The translations under genes were made by a program, and so were the position numbers. Below, piece by piece: positions 19,443 to 27,519 of a stretch of DNA of 64,000 nucleotides. Source of the DNA: an uncultured Erysipelotrichaceae bacterium (GTDB lineage: Bacteria; Bacillota_I; Bacilli_A; Erysipelotrichales; Erysipelotrichaceae); contig CALUZH010000029.1 of the NCBI GenBank assembly GCA_944325255.1, positions 11,448 to 75,447 on the forward strand, written 5' to 3'. The first letter of the stretch is position 1. Each line of letters starts with the position of its first letter. The notes under the pieces were generated by a model, which saw only the letters and a program-made list of their open reading frames with translations, was not told the origin of the DNA and made no database searches.

Positions 19443-20701
19443 AAACATATGCAATGATGGTTTTGGGATGTAAAGTCAATGATTATGAAGCGGCTTATTT
19501 AAAAGAACAAATGGACCAAGACTATGAAGAAGTTAATTTTAAAGATAAGGCCGATATTTATATTATTTTTACATGTTGTGTTACTAATATTGCCGAAAGT
19601 AAGACCCGAAAGTTTATCAGACAAGCCCGAAGGCACAATCCCGATGCCTATGTGGTGGCCGTAGGATGTTTGAGCCAGGCAAGAAATGATGACCCTGTCT
19701 TTGATGAGGTTAATCTTATTATCGGGTCCCGCCATAAAGATAAAATTAAAGAATATATCGATTCCGCTATTAATGCCAATATGGTTGAAAGCTTGACTGA
19801 TGTTCAATTTGAAAATCTTTATCTGCATAATTATAAACGTAAAAATCGGGCTTTTTTAAAAATCCAAGACGGTTGTAACCAATTCTGTTCCTATTGTATT
19901 ATTCCTTATTCACGTGGTCGGGAACGTAGCGGCCAAATGCCAGATATTATCAATGCCGCTAAACAACTCGCTTTAAATTCTCCAGAAATTGTGCTAACCG
20001 GAATACATACCGGTCGCTATTTCGACGGCAAACATCATCTTGTTGACTTATTAAAAGAACTTGAAAAAATTGAAGGCTTAAAAACGCTTCGTCTTTCTTC
20101 AATTGAAATCAACGAATTGACGGATGAACTTTTGACTTTCATGAAGGAATCCAAAAAGATGGCCCATCATTTGCATATTCCCTTACAGGCCGGCAGCAAT
20201 CATGTCTTGGAATTGATGCATCGGCCTTATACGCTTGAATATTTCTTTAAGCGGGTTGATTATATCCGTACACTCATGCCCGGCATTTCCATCAGTACTG
20301 ATTTGATTGTCGGTTTTCCAAGCGAGAGTGATCAAGATTTTGCTGATACATTGGCTTTTTTAAAGAAAATTCGTTTTTCTTTTATTCATCTTTTCCCTTA
20401 TGCGGCCAAAAAAGGAACACTAGCTTGCCAAATGCCTGGCCAAATTGATCCTTTAATTAAAAAAGATCGGGAAAGGGCAGTTATCGCTCTTCAAAAGGAT
20501 ATCAGTTTAGCTTTTAAAGAAAGCTATATTAATAAAAAGGCCGAAGTTTTTATTGAAAAAAATACCGCTACTCATGCTTATGGTTATACCAAGGAGTATA
20601 TATATACCGCTATTAAAGGCAACTTTAAGATTGGTGATATTGTAAAGGTTAAACTTATTGGTATTAATGATGATACAATGATTGGGGAAATATGTTACTG
20701 A
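19439..20701 (+). CDS. mtaB: Radical-SAM methylthiotransferase, MtaB-type (tRNA ms2t6A)
   Basis: MiaB-family N-terminal domain (GCKVN), CNQFCSYCIIP cluster, C-terminal TRAM-like end. rsmE-mtaB synteny as B. subtilis yqeU-yqeV. ATGA overlap. Confidence 0.85.
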   Translation: MKTYAMMVLGCKVNDYEAAYLKEQMDQDYEEVNFKDKADIYIIFTCCVTNIAESKTRKFIRQARRHNPDAYVVAVGCLSQARNDDPVFDEVNLIIGSRHKDKIKEYIDSAINANMVESLTDVQFENLYLHNYKRKNRAFLKIQDGCNQFCSYCIIPYSRGRERSGQMPDIINAAKQLALNSPEIVLTGIHTGRYFDGKHHLVDLLKELEKIEGLKTLRLSSIEINELTDELLTFMKESKKMAHHLHIPLQAGSNHVLELMHRPYTLEYFFKRVDYIRTLMPGISISTDLIVGFPSESDQDFADTLAFLKKIRFSFIHLFPYAAKKGTLACQMPGQIDPLIKKDRERAVIALQKDISLAFKESYINKKAEVFIEKNTATHAYGYTKEYIYTAIKGNFKIGDIVKVKLIGINDDTMIGEICY

Positions 20702-22146
20702 ATTGTTTTTTTAAAGATGCTCCGCCTGTGGAGATTAAGCAAATATCCTGTGACAGTCGCATGCCGATGGAAGACTGCATTTTCTTTTGCGTGCGCGGAA
20801 TCAAGGATGATGGCCATAGCTTTATTAAAGAAGCGATTAATAACGGTGCCAAGGTCATTGTTTATGATAAGCCTTGTGATACTTCCCTGCCTTGCATCTA
20901 TATCAAAGTAAATAATGTTTTGGACGTCTTAAATCAAGTAGCCCAAAAATTTTATGATTATCCCGGCAAGAATATGGAAAATATCGTTATTGCCGGCAGT
21001 AATGGTCGCAATGCCGTGGCCTTTATTTTACGGGATATTATTAAACATTACCGCCGTTGTGCCTATATCGGTTCCTACGGTATTGAATATGGGGATGTCA
21101 AGCTTTTATCCAATGAACCGACTTTGACTATTTTGGAAAACCAACGTCACTTAAAAGTGATGCATGATCAGGGTGTTGAAGCTTGTCTTTTTGAGGCCGA
21201 TTCTTATGCCATGGATTTGCAAAAACTTGACGGGGTCAATCCTAAGGCTTTAATTTATACTAATACTTCAGCCAGTGATGGCGATCGGCAGTTTATTGAA
21301 GACCATGTCAATTCATTAGCGCGCTATATTGATCATTTCCAAGAAGATCTCGATATTATTTTTAATATGGATGATCCTTTATATGATCAAATTGCCAATT
21401 ATCATGATTATCATATTGTAACCTTCGCCATCAATGATGATAATGCGGATTTTTATGCTGATGATATCAATATCACGGCTGATGGTTTAAGTTTTTATCT
21501 GCATTGTTTTAACTCGACATATCAGGTTATAAGTAATCTTTTGGGTTTGCAGAATGTCTATAATCTTTTAGCGGCCATTGCCACCCTGGTGGAAAGGGGA
21601 TATCCGATTGACGAAGTTATTGCCGCCTGCAAAAATGTCGCTTCACCTGAAGGAGTAATGGAAAAAATAGCCTTGGGACAAAAATATAATGTCGTTATTG
21701 ATTCTGGCACGACATACGAAAGTATGATCAATGTTTTGCGCTATGCCCGCAAGGTCGTTAATGTTAAACATCGTATTATTGTTTTATTTGGCCTCAACAG
21801 TTATTCAAATCATGAAAAAAGGGAACGCTTCGGTACTATTTTGGATGAATATGCCGATCTTGTCATCTTGACGGAGGATGATCCTTATGAAGAAGCAGTT
21901 ATGCAAATAGCTCATGATATTGAAAAAGGCATTAAAAATAAGCCGACGGTAGTAATTGAAAGTCGAGAAGATGCCATCGCTATGGCCATTGAACTGCTCA
22001 ATAGCGGTGATATGCTTTTGTGTTTGGGCAAGGGTCAGGAAAAATATATGTACCGTTCTTTGGGACGGGAACAATATGACGGCGATTCGGCAATTGCCAA
22101 AAAATATATCAAGAAACGAATGGAGGAAGAAAATGCAATTATCTAA
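20692..22146 (+). CDS. MurE-like Mur-ligase family protein with substituted catalytic motifs
   Basis: Collinear with MurE over the full length (CDSR...FFCVRG..DGH, NVYNLLAA, ILTEDDP, GKG.E). The P-loop reads GSNGRNA instead of GTNGKT. See findings. Confidence 0.7.
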   Translation: MLLNCFFKDAPPVEIKQISCDSRMPMEDCIFFCVRGIKDDGHSFIKEAINNGAKVIVYDKPCDTSLPCIYIKVNNVLDVLNQVAQKFYDYPGKNMENIVIAGSNGRNAVAFILRDIIKHYRRCAYIGSYGIEYGDVKLLSNEPTLTILENQRHLKVMHDQGVEACLFEADSYAMDLQKLDGVNPKALIYTNTSASDGDRQFIEDHVNSLARYIDHFQEDLDIIFNMDDPLYDQIANYHDYHIVTFAINDDNADFYADDINITADGLSFYLHCFNSTYQVISNLLGLQNVYNLLAAIATLVERGYPIDEVIAACKNVASPEGVMEKIALGQKYNVVIDSGTTYESMINVLRYARKVVNVKHRIIVLFGLNSYSNHEKRERFGTILDEYADLVILTEDDPYEEAVMQIAHDIEKGIKNKPTVVIESREDAIAMAIELLNSGDMLLCLGKGQEKYMYRSLGREQYDGDSAIAKKYIKKRMEEENAII

Positions 22147-22780
22147 GTATATTGATCACACCTTATTAAAGGCTGATGCTTCTAAATCGGCGATTGAAAA
22201 ATTATGTACGGAAGCTAAAGAATATCACTTCCAATCAGTTTGTGTAAATCCGGCTTATGTCAAGATGTGTCATCAACTATTAAAGGACAGTGATGTAGCG
22301 GTATGTACGGTCATTGGTTTCCCTTTAGGTCAGATGACCTCTGAAGCTAAGACTTTTGAAGCTGTCAATGCCATCTTAAACGGTGCTGATGAAGTGGATA
22401 TGGTTTTAAATATTGCGGCTTTAAAAGATGGTGATTATGCCTATGTCACCAAAGAAATTGCGGATATTAAAAAGGCGCTTGGCGACCATATATTAAAAGT
22501 AATTATCGAAACCTGCCTTTTGACGGATGATGAAAAAGTTGCAGCCTGCAAGTGCATCATGGAAGCCAATGCCGACTTTGTCAAAACATCAACCGGTTTT
22601 TCTAGTGGCGGTGCCACATTAGAAGATGTTGAGCTTTTAAAAAAGACGGTTGGCGATAAATGTAAGGTTAAAGCTTCCGGCGGTATCAAGACACAGGAAG
22701 ATATGCTTAAAATGATTGCTTTGGGAGCTGATCGTATCGGTACATCTTCCGGTGTTAAATTGATGGAAAAGGCAAATTAA
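22133..22780 (+). CDS. deoC: Deoxyribose-phosphate aldolase
   Basis: YIDHTLLK, Schiff-base lysine motif FVKTSTGF, KASGGI. ATG at 22133 is preceded by GGAGGAAG. The longer track ORF from 21956 overlaps the murE-like gene. Confidence 0.92.
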   Translation: MQLSKYIDHTLLKADASKSAIEKLCTEAKEYHFQSVCVNPAYVKMCHQLLKDSDVAVCTVIGFPLGQMTSEAKTFEAVNAILNGADEVDMVLNIAALKDGDYAYVTKEIADIKKALGDHILKVIIETCLLTDDEKVAACKCIMEANADFVKTSTGFSSGGATLEDVELLKKTVGDKCKVKASGGIKTQEDMLKMIALGADRIGTSSGVKLMEKAN

Positions 22781-22807
22781 GCATTTTTTAGGCTTAGATG
22801 CAAGGAT

Positions 22808-22837
22808 TTGATTGTTTTTCTCATATTTCTGTAATAT
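22808..22837 (+). promoter_or_regulatory. Putative sigmaA-type promoter for rpsU
   Basis: TTGATT, 18 nt spacer, then TG-extended TAATAT. About 30 nt upstream of the rpsU ATG. Confidence 0.4.
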
Positions 22838-22868
22838 ACTTAGAAGGTACTAAAAAGGGGGTGTAATC

Positions 22869-23048
22869 ATGGCAAAGGTTGTTGTAAAAGAAAACGAAGC
22901 ACTGGATGATGCTTTACGTCGTTTTAAGAGACAAGTTTCTCGTAATGGCACCCTCGTTGAGGCCCGTAAACGTGAATACTATGTTAAACCGGGTGTACGT
23001 CGTAAATTAAAATCAGAAGCTGCAAGAAAGGCCAGAAGAGGTAAATAG
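22869..23048 (+). CDS. rpsU: 30S ribosomal protein S21
   Basis: Hand-translated 59 aa [67 protein letters not shown]. Below the size cut-off of the ORF track. Confidence 0.93.
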   Translation: MAKVVVKENEALDDALRRFKRQVSRNGTLVEARKREYYVKPGVRRKLKSEAARKARRGK

Positions 23049-23075
23049 TAAAGTTTAACTTTACTATTTTTATTA
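23047..23075 (+). terminator. Weak intrinsic terminator/attenuator after rpsU
   Basis: 7-bp stem AGTAAAG / CTTTACT, loop TTTAA, then ATTTTTATT. phoH SD follows directly. Confidence 0.45.
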
Positions 23076-23086
23076 TCAGGAGACTT

Positions 23087-24028
23087 ATGGATTACTATAA
23101 ATATGAAATTCCTTTGACCGATAATGATTTGATTCTTGAACTTATCGGCATTAATGATGAACATTTAAAATATCTTAAGACCCTCTTTAATTGTGATATC
23201 GGTTATCGCGACAGTTGTTTTTACTTTTATGGTGGAGATGAAGAAAGCTTCAATGAATTTAAAAGCTTGATTGATAAACTGGTTGAAAGGATTTTGCATA
23301 AATTGCCAATCAGCAATGAAGACATTGCGCGTTCTTTAAAAAAGACCGGGGGCTTTCAAAGTTCTGCTTTTCATCATATTGTCGCCTATACTTTTAATGG
23401 TAAACCGATTATGGCTAAGACCGCCAATCAGCAAAAATTACTGACTGCGATTGATAAGCATGATTTAGTCTTTACTATCGGACCGGCCGGTACGGGCAAA
23501 ACCTATTTGGCGGTAGTTAAGGCCGTACAGGCTTTGAAAAATGGGGAAGTTAAAAAGATTGTCTTAACCAGACCGGCTGTTGAAGCCGGGGAAAGTTTGG
23601 GTTTTTTACCGGGCGATTTGAAAGAAAAAGTCGATCCTTATTTGATGCCCTTATATGATGCCTTAAGCGAGATGCTTGGCCAGCAACAATTTATGAAACT
23701 TTTAGAGCGCAATGTTATCGAAATCAGTCCCTTGGCTTTTATGCGGGGAAGAACCTTGAATGATGCCTTCATTATCTTGGATGAAGCCCAAAATACCACT
23801 AATTCCCAAATGCTCATGTTTCTTACGCGTTTGGGCAAAAATGCTAAGATGCTGGTTAATGGGGACATTACGCAAATTGATTTACCGGTAAAAAAAAGCG
23901 AAAGCGGACTTCTCCATGCCGCTAAAAGACTAAAGGATATTAAAGAAATTGCCTTTGTCTATTTAGAAGCTGACGATGTTGTCCGCAATCCATTGGTGCA
24001 AAGAATAATTGAAGCTTATCAAGATTAG
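23087..24028 (+). CDS. phoH: PhoH-like ATPase
   Basis: Walker A GPAGTGKTYLAV, LTRPAVEAGESLGFLPG, ILDEAQN, GDITQIDL. Confidence 0.9.
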   Translation: MDYYKYEIPLTDNDLILELIGINDEHLKYLKTLFNCDIGYRDSCFYFYGGDEESFNEFKSLIDKLVERILHKLPISNEDIARSLKKTGGFQSSAFHHIVAYTFNGKPIMAKTANQQKLLTAIDKHDLVFTIGPAGTGKTYLAVVKAVQALKNGEVKKIVLTRPAVEAGESLGFLPGDLKEKVDPYLMPLYDALSEMLGQQQFMKLLERNVIEISPLAFMRGRTLNDAFIILDEAQNTTNSQMLMFLTRLGKNAKMLVNGDITQIDLPVKKSESGLLHAAKRLKDIKEIAFVYLEADDVVRNPLVQRIIEAYQD

Positions 24029-24921
24029 GCTTCAAGTTTATTATTAGGTGGTACTTGTAATTTAAGGCCGCCTTTTTTAATGGTGATATTTAAATTATCG
24101 CTATAGTCGGTTTCACCATCAGTTTGATAGATGACTTTTTCTCGGGCTTTAATATTTACCTCTGTAATACGGTAATGCTTAAAATGAGGATTATTTAGAT
24201 GTTTTCCTTTTAAATATTGAATGATAAAGGGAATCAGTTTTATAATTGGTGCCTTTGGCACAAGACATAAGTCTAAATAACCGTCTTTTAGATCGGCATC
24301 TAAGCAAGCGGGAATACCGTTACCATAATAGCGGCCGTTAAAGACCGCACAGATATAATATTCGCCGCATAGTTTCTGGTCATCAAAACTTATTTCATAA
24401 TAATACGCTTTGAGCCTTATTAAATTTTTAATTATTGCCATAATATAAGCTACATGCTTGTTCCAAGCTTTTTGATGGATCAATTTTCCGGCATCATAAT
24501 TAATCTTGGCATCCATTCCCAAACTAAGCTCATTGATGAATTTTTGGCCATTGCAAAGAGCGATATCAATAGTAAGATTATGACCGTTTATGACCTCTGT
24601 AATCATCGTTTTTAAGTCTTTAACTTTGCCGATGCAGCGATAAAAGTCATTGCCGCTGCCCTTTGGCAATATCGCCATCATCAGCTTATCCCTAAGACCA
24701 TTTAATACTTCAAAAACCGTCCCATCGCCGCCGACCGCATAAAGACAAACATCATCATTTTCTTGATATTGAAGGGCAATATCAGTCGCTTCTTTGCGGG
24801 TGGAGGTTTGTTGAATGATATAGTCGATATTTAAAGAAATAGCGGTTTTATTAATTATATCGACAACTTCTTGGCCTTTTTCCCGGCCGGATGCCATATT
24901 GACAATAAAAATATGTTTCAT
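24025..24921 (-). CDS. Diacylglycerol/lipid kinase family protein (DagK/YegS/BmrU type)
   Basis: GGDGTVFEVLNG and LPKGSGNDF motifs of the DAGK catalytic domain. 298 aa. Confidence 0.8.
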   Translation of the reverse strand: MKHIFIVNMASGREKGQEVVDIINKTAISLNIDYIIQQTSTRKEATDIALQYQENDDVCLYAVGGDGTVFEVLNGLRDKLMMAILPKGSGNDFYRCIGKVKDLKTMITEVINGHNLTIDIALCNGQKFINELSLGMDAKINYDAGKLIHQKAWNKHVAYIMAIIKNLIRLKAYYYEISFDDQKLCGEYYICAVFNGRYYGNGIPACLDADLKDGYLDLCLVPKAPIIKLIPFIIQYLKGKHLNNPHFKHYRITEVNIKAREKVIYQTDGETDYSDNLNITIKKGGLKLQVPPNNKLEA

Positions 24922-25745
24922 AGTATCTGGCCCTCAATTGCCTCCTTTTTCATTTTAAATATTTGCCGATATTCTTCATTATGGTTGGTATCATAAAACA
25001 TATTAGCCCAGGCTGCCCATAAAAGATTGGCGGCATTTTCGATAATATGAAGTTTCTTTTCTAATTCGGTGCTTATGGGAGCTTCAAAAAAATATTGATA
25101 TAAGCTATGACGTATATTTAAATCATTGATATTATTCTCACTGATTAGACTCATGAGGTCGAAGTAGGGATGATTTAAACCGGCATATTCATAATCAATC
25201 AAGTATGCTCTTTGATCATTGAATAAGATATTGCCGTCAACCAAGTCATTATGGGAAAGGATGGCTTTTTCCGGTAAATTAGTATAAGCATCAAGAAAAC
25301 TTTCATATTTATCAAAATCCATCATCGGCTCTTTAATTTGTTTTTTAAAAATCAGATATTTATTTTTTAAGCCAAACTCTATATTAGTATGAATAGCTAA
25401 TTGATGAAATTTTTTAATAAGTCTGATGGCTTCTTGATATTTATTTGGATTTGGGGCATTTTGAAAGCCTTTTAAATTATTGACAAAACGGGTAATGCGA
25501 TAAGCCTTATCTTCATCATAATATATTTCTTCAAAATCCATATCCTGACCACGTACAGCTTTTTGGATTTTTCTTTCCAATTCGCGATGGACAAAGATGT
25601 CGGCATGGGGATTGGGAATCCTTAATACGGCATCGATTTTGCCCTTATATTCAATATAATAGATGCGGTTGGTGAGACCTAAATCCGTATATATCAGACG
25701 ATAGTCTTTGTGGTATAATGCATTTAGTGTTTGGGTAATTTCCAT
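24918..25745 (-). CDS. Choline/ethanolamine-kinase-like phosphotransferase (LicA-like, APH fold)
   Basis: Brenner-type motif SHNDLVDGNILF followed by YLIDYEYAGLNHPYFDL. ATGA overlap with the downstream lipid-kinase gene. Confidence 0.7.
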   Translation of the reverse strand: MEITQTLNALYHKDYRLIYTDLGLTNRIYYIEYKGKIDAVLRIPNPHADIFVHRELERKIQKAVRGQDMDFEEIYYDEDKAYRITRFVNNLKGFQNAPNPNKYQEAIRLIKKFHQLAIHTNIEFGLKNKYLIFKKQIKEPMMDFDKYESFLDAYTNLPEKAILSHNDLVDGNILFNDQRAYLIDYEYAGLNHPYFDLMSLISENNINDLNIRHSLYQYFFEAPISTELEKKLHIIENAANLLWAAWANMFYDTNHNEEYRQIFKMKKEAIEGQIL

Positions 25746-25751
25746 GCATTG

Positions 25752-25760
25752 ATTATAACA
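25752..25760 (-). promoter_or_regulatory. Extended -10 TGTTATAAT, 6 nt upstream of the licA-like ATG (candidate leaderless promoter)
   Basis: The minus strand reads TGTTATAAT-caatgc-ATG(25745). No SD. Confidence 0.5.
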
Positions 25761-25761
25761 T

Positions 25762-26337
25762 ATGAAAAAAATCTTATTGGCGACAAAAAATAGCGATAAA
25801 GTAAAAGAATTTAAGGCGATATTTGCTCATCTTGACTATGATATTATTTCCCTTAAGGATCTTGAAGACTTTGATGAGGTTAAGGAAGACGGCTATAGTT
25901 TTAAGGATAATGCTTATATTAAGGCTAAATATTATTATGATAAATATCATATGCCGGTCTTTAGTGATGATAGCGGTATCTCCATCACATATTTGCATGA
26001 TTTGCCGGGAGTCCATAGCGCCCGTTTTTTAGGCGGTAAGGATTATGAATTTACTAATTCCTTTATTTTAGAAATTATGCAGGATATTCAAGATCGTCGG
26101 GCATATTATAGTTGTGTTATTACCTATATTGATGAGCATGGACCATTATTTTTTGATGGTATCTTAGAAGGAGAGATTGCCTTAGCTAAAAAGGGTCATA
26201 ATGGCTTTGGATTTGATCCGATTTTCTATTTGCCGGCATATCAAAAGACCCTAGCCGAGTTAGACAGTGATATTAAAAATAAGATTTCGCATCGTTATAT
26301 CGCCTTAGAGAAGATGGTGAAATATTTTGAAAAATAA
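25762..26337 (+). CDS. rdgB: Non-canonical purine NTP pyrophosphatase RdgB/HAM1 family
   Basis: LATKNSDKVKEF, DSGISI, GFGFDPIF, SHR motifs. Confidence 0.9.
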   Translation: MKKILLATKNSDKVKEFKAIFAHLDYDIISLKDLEDFDEVKEDGYSFKDNAYIKAKYYYDKYHMPVFSDDSGISITYLHDLPGVHSARFLGGKDYEFTNSFILEIMQDIQDRRAYYSCVITYIDEHGPLFFDGILEGEIALAKKGHNGFGFDPIFYLPAYQKTLAELDSDIKNKISHRYIALEKMVKYFEK

Positions 26338-27010
26338 AATATTGGCAATTTTATTCAGCCTTGGTTTTTTGATCGGCACTTTTTTAACTGTTATTGATTA
26401 TGCCTGCTTTGATCGAAACTTTTATACTACCTTTTATCAAGAAAATGCCACTTATCAAAGTATGGGCATAAGCGAAGATGATCTGGATAAGATGACTGAT
26501 GTCTTGTTGACTTATATCCAAGATAAACGTGATGATCTAAGTGTCCTTATAAGTTATAAAAATCAAAGGGTAGAAGGTTTTAATGATCGGGAAATAAGCC
26601 ACATGGTCGATGTCAAAGAGCTTTATCTTTCAGCGATGAATGTCCGAAATACCGCTTTTATTATTGCGTTTTTAGCTTTGATATTATTAATATTTGGAAT
26701 CGGGAAAAAAGCCGGAGCTTATCTATTTAAGGCTTTTGTCCAGGTTCTTGTCGCTTTCTTGGCGATTATCGGCGCCTTGGGTCTATATGCCGTTATGGAT
26801 TTCAATAGTTTTTGGACCAATTTCCATCATGTTTTCTTTACCAATGATCTTTGGTTATTAAATCCGGCAACTGATCGTTTGATTATGATGGTTCCCGGTA
26901 ATTTCTTCTATGCCTTGGTGAGTAAAATTATCTTAATTACCATAATGTTTTGGATACTTTCACTGGTATTATTATATGTATGGCAAAAAAGGAGCAAGAT
27001 CTATGATTAA
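26327..27010 (+). CDS. Integral membrane protein, TIGR01906/DUF1461-like (family of lipoprotein intramolecular transacylase Lit)
   Basis: N-terminal TM, soluble loop, three C-terminal TM helices, and FHHVFFTNDLWLLNPATDRLIMMVP block. Family assignment is from memory. Confidence 0.5.
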   Translation: MKNKILAILFSLGFLIGTFLTVIDYACFDRNFYTTFYQENATYQSMGISEDDLDKMTDVLLTYIQDKRDDLSVLISYKNQRVEGFNDREISHMVDVKELYLSAMNVRNTAFIIAFLALILLIFGIGKKAGAYLFKAFVQVLVAFLAIIGALGLYAVMDFNSFWTNFHHVFFTNDLWLLNPATDRLIMMVPGNFFYALVSKIILITIMFWILSLVLLYVWQKRSKIYD

Positions 27011-27509
27011 TGTGGTTTTATACAACCCGGAAATTCCCCAAAATACCGGCAATATCATGCGCACCTGCAGTGCTTTTAATATGACCCTTCATCTTATTGA
27101 ACCCCTCGGTTTTGTCTTGGACGATAAGCATTTAAGACGTTCAGGTATGGATTATATTAAGGATCTTCATTATTTTATCTATCCGGATTATGAGACATTT
27201 TGTAAGGCCAATGATGGTGATTATGTCTATTTTTCCCGTTATGGGCTCAAAACTTTTGATAAGTGTGATTTTAAAGTCTTTAATAAAGATATCTATCTTA
27301 TTTTCGGCAAAGAAAGTACCGGAATTCCTAAAGCTATTTTGCGTGATCATTTAGACAATACCTATCGTTTACCGATGCGGGAAGATGCCCGCAGCCTCAA
27401 TCTTTCCAATTGTGTAGCTATCGGAGCTTATGAATGTTTACGCCAGGTCGGTTTTGGCGATTTATCGCCGGTTGAAGTGATTAAGGGCAAGGATTGGCTC
27501 TTACGCTAA
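27003..27509 (+). CDS. trmL: SpoU-class tRNA (C/U34-2'-O)-methyltransferase TrmL
   Basis: MINVVLYNPEIPQNTGNIMRTC, LIFGKESTGIP, LNLSNCVAI trefoil-knot motifs. ATG at 27003 overlaps the preceding stop. Confidence 0.85.
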   Translation: MINVVLYNPEIPQNTGNIMRTCSAFNMTLHLIEPLGFVLDDKHLRRSGMDYIKDLHYFIYPDYETFCKANDGDYVYFSRYGLKTFDKCDFKVFNKDIYLIFGKESTGIPKAILRDHLDNTYRLPMREDARSLNLSNCVAIGAYECLRQVGFGDLSPVEVIKGKDWLLR

Positions 27510-27519
27510 AGGAGAGAAG

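Noticed and set aside
21956-22132. N-terminal extension of deoC given in the ORF track (start 21956)
   Set aside because: The extension overlaps the murE-like gene in another frame and has no aldolase similarity. The ATG at 22133 has a GGAGGAAG SD and gives a canonical DeoC N-terminus. The same reasoning applies to the extended track starts of rlmN (8839), rluD (41082), ispA (46823), xerD (51179), trmL (26976), ylxM (56207), ftsY (57162) and the second ABC gene (38773).
25746-25764. rdgB as another leaderless gene
   Set aside because: The only -10-like hexamers on the plus strand (GATTAT, TATAAC) are 2-5 nt from the ATG, which is too close. The claim is not supported.
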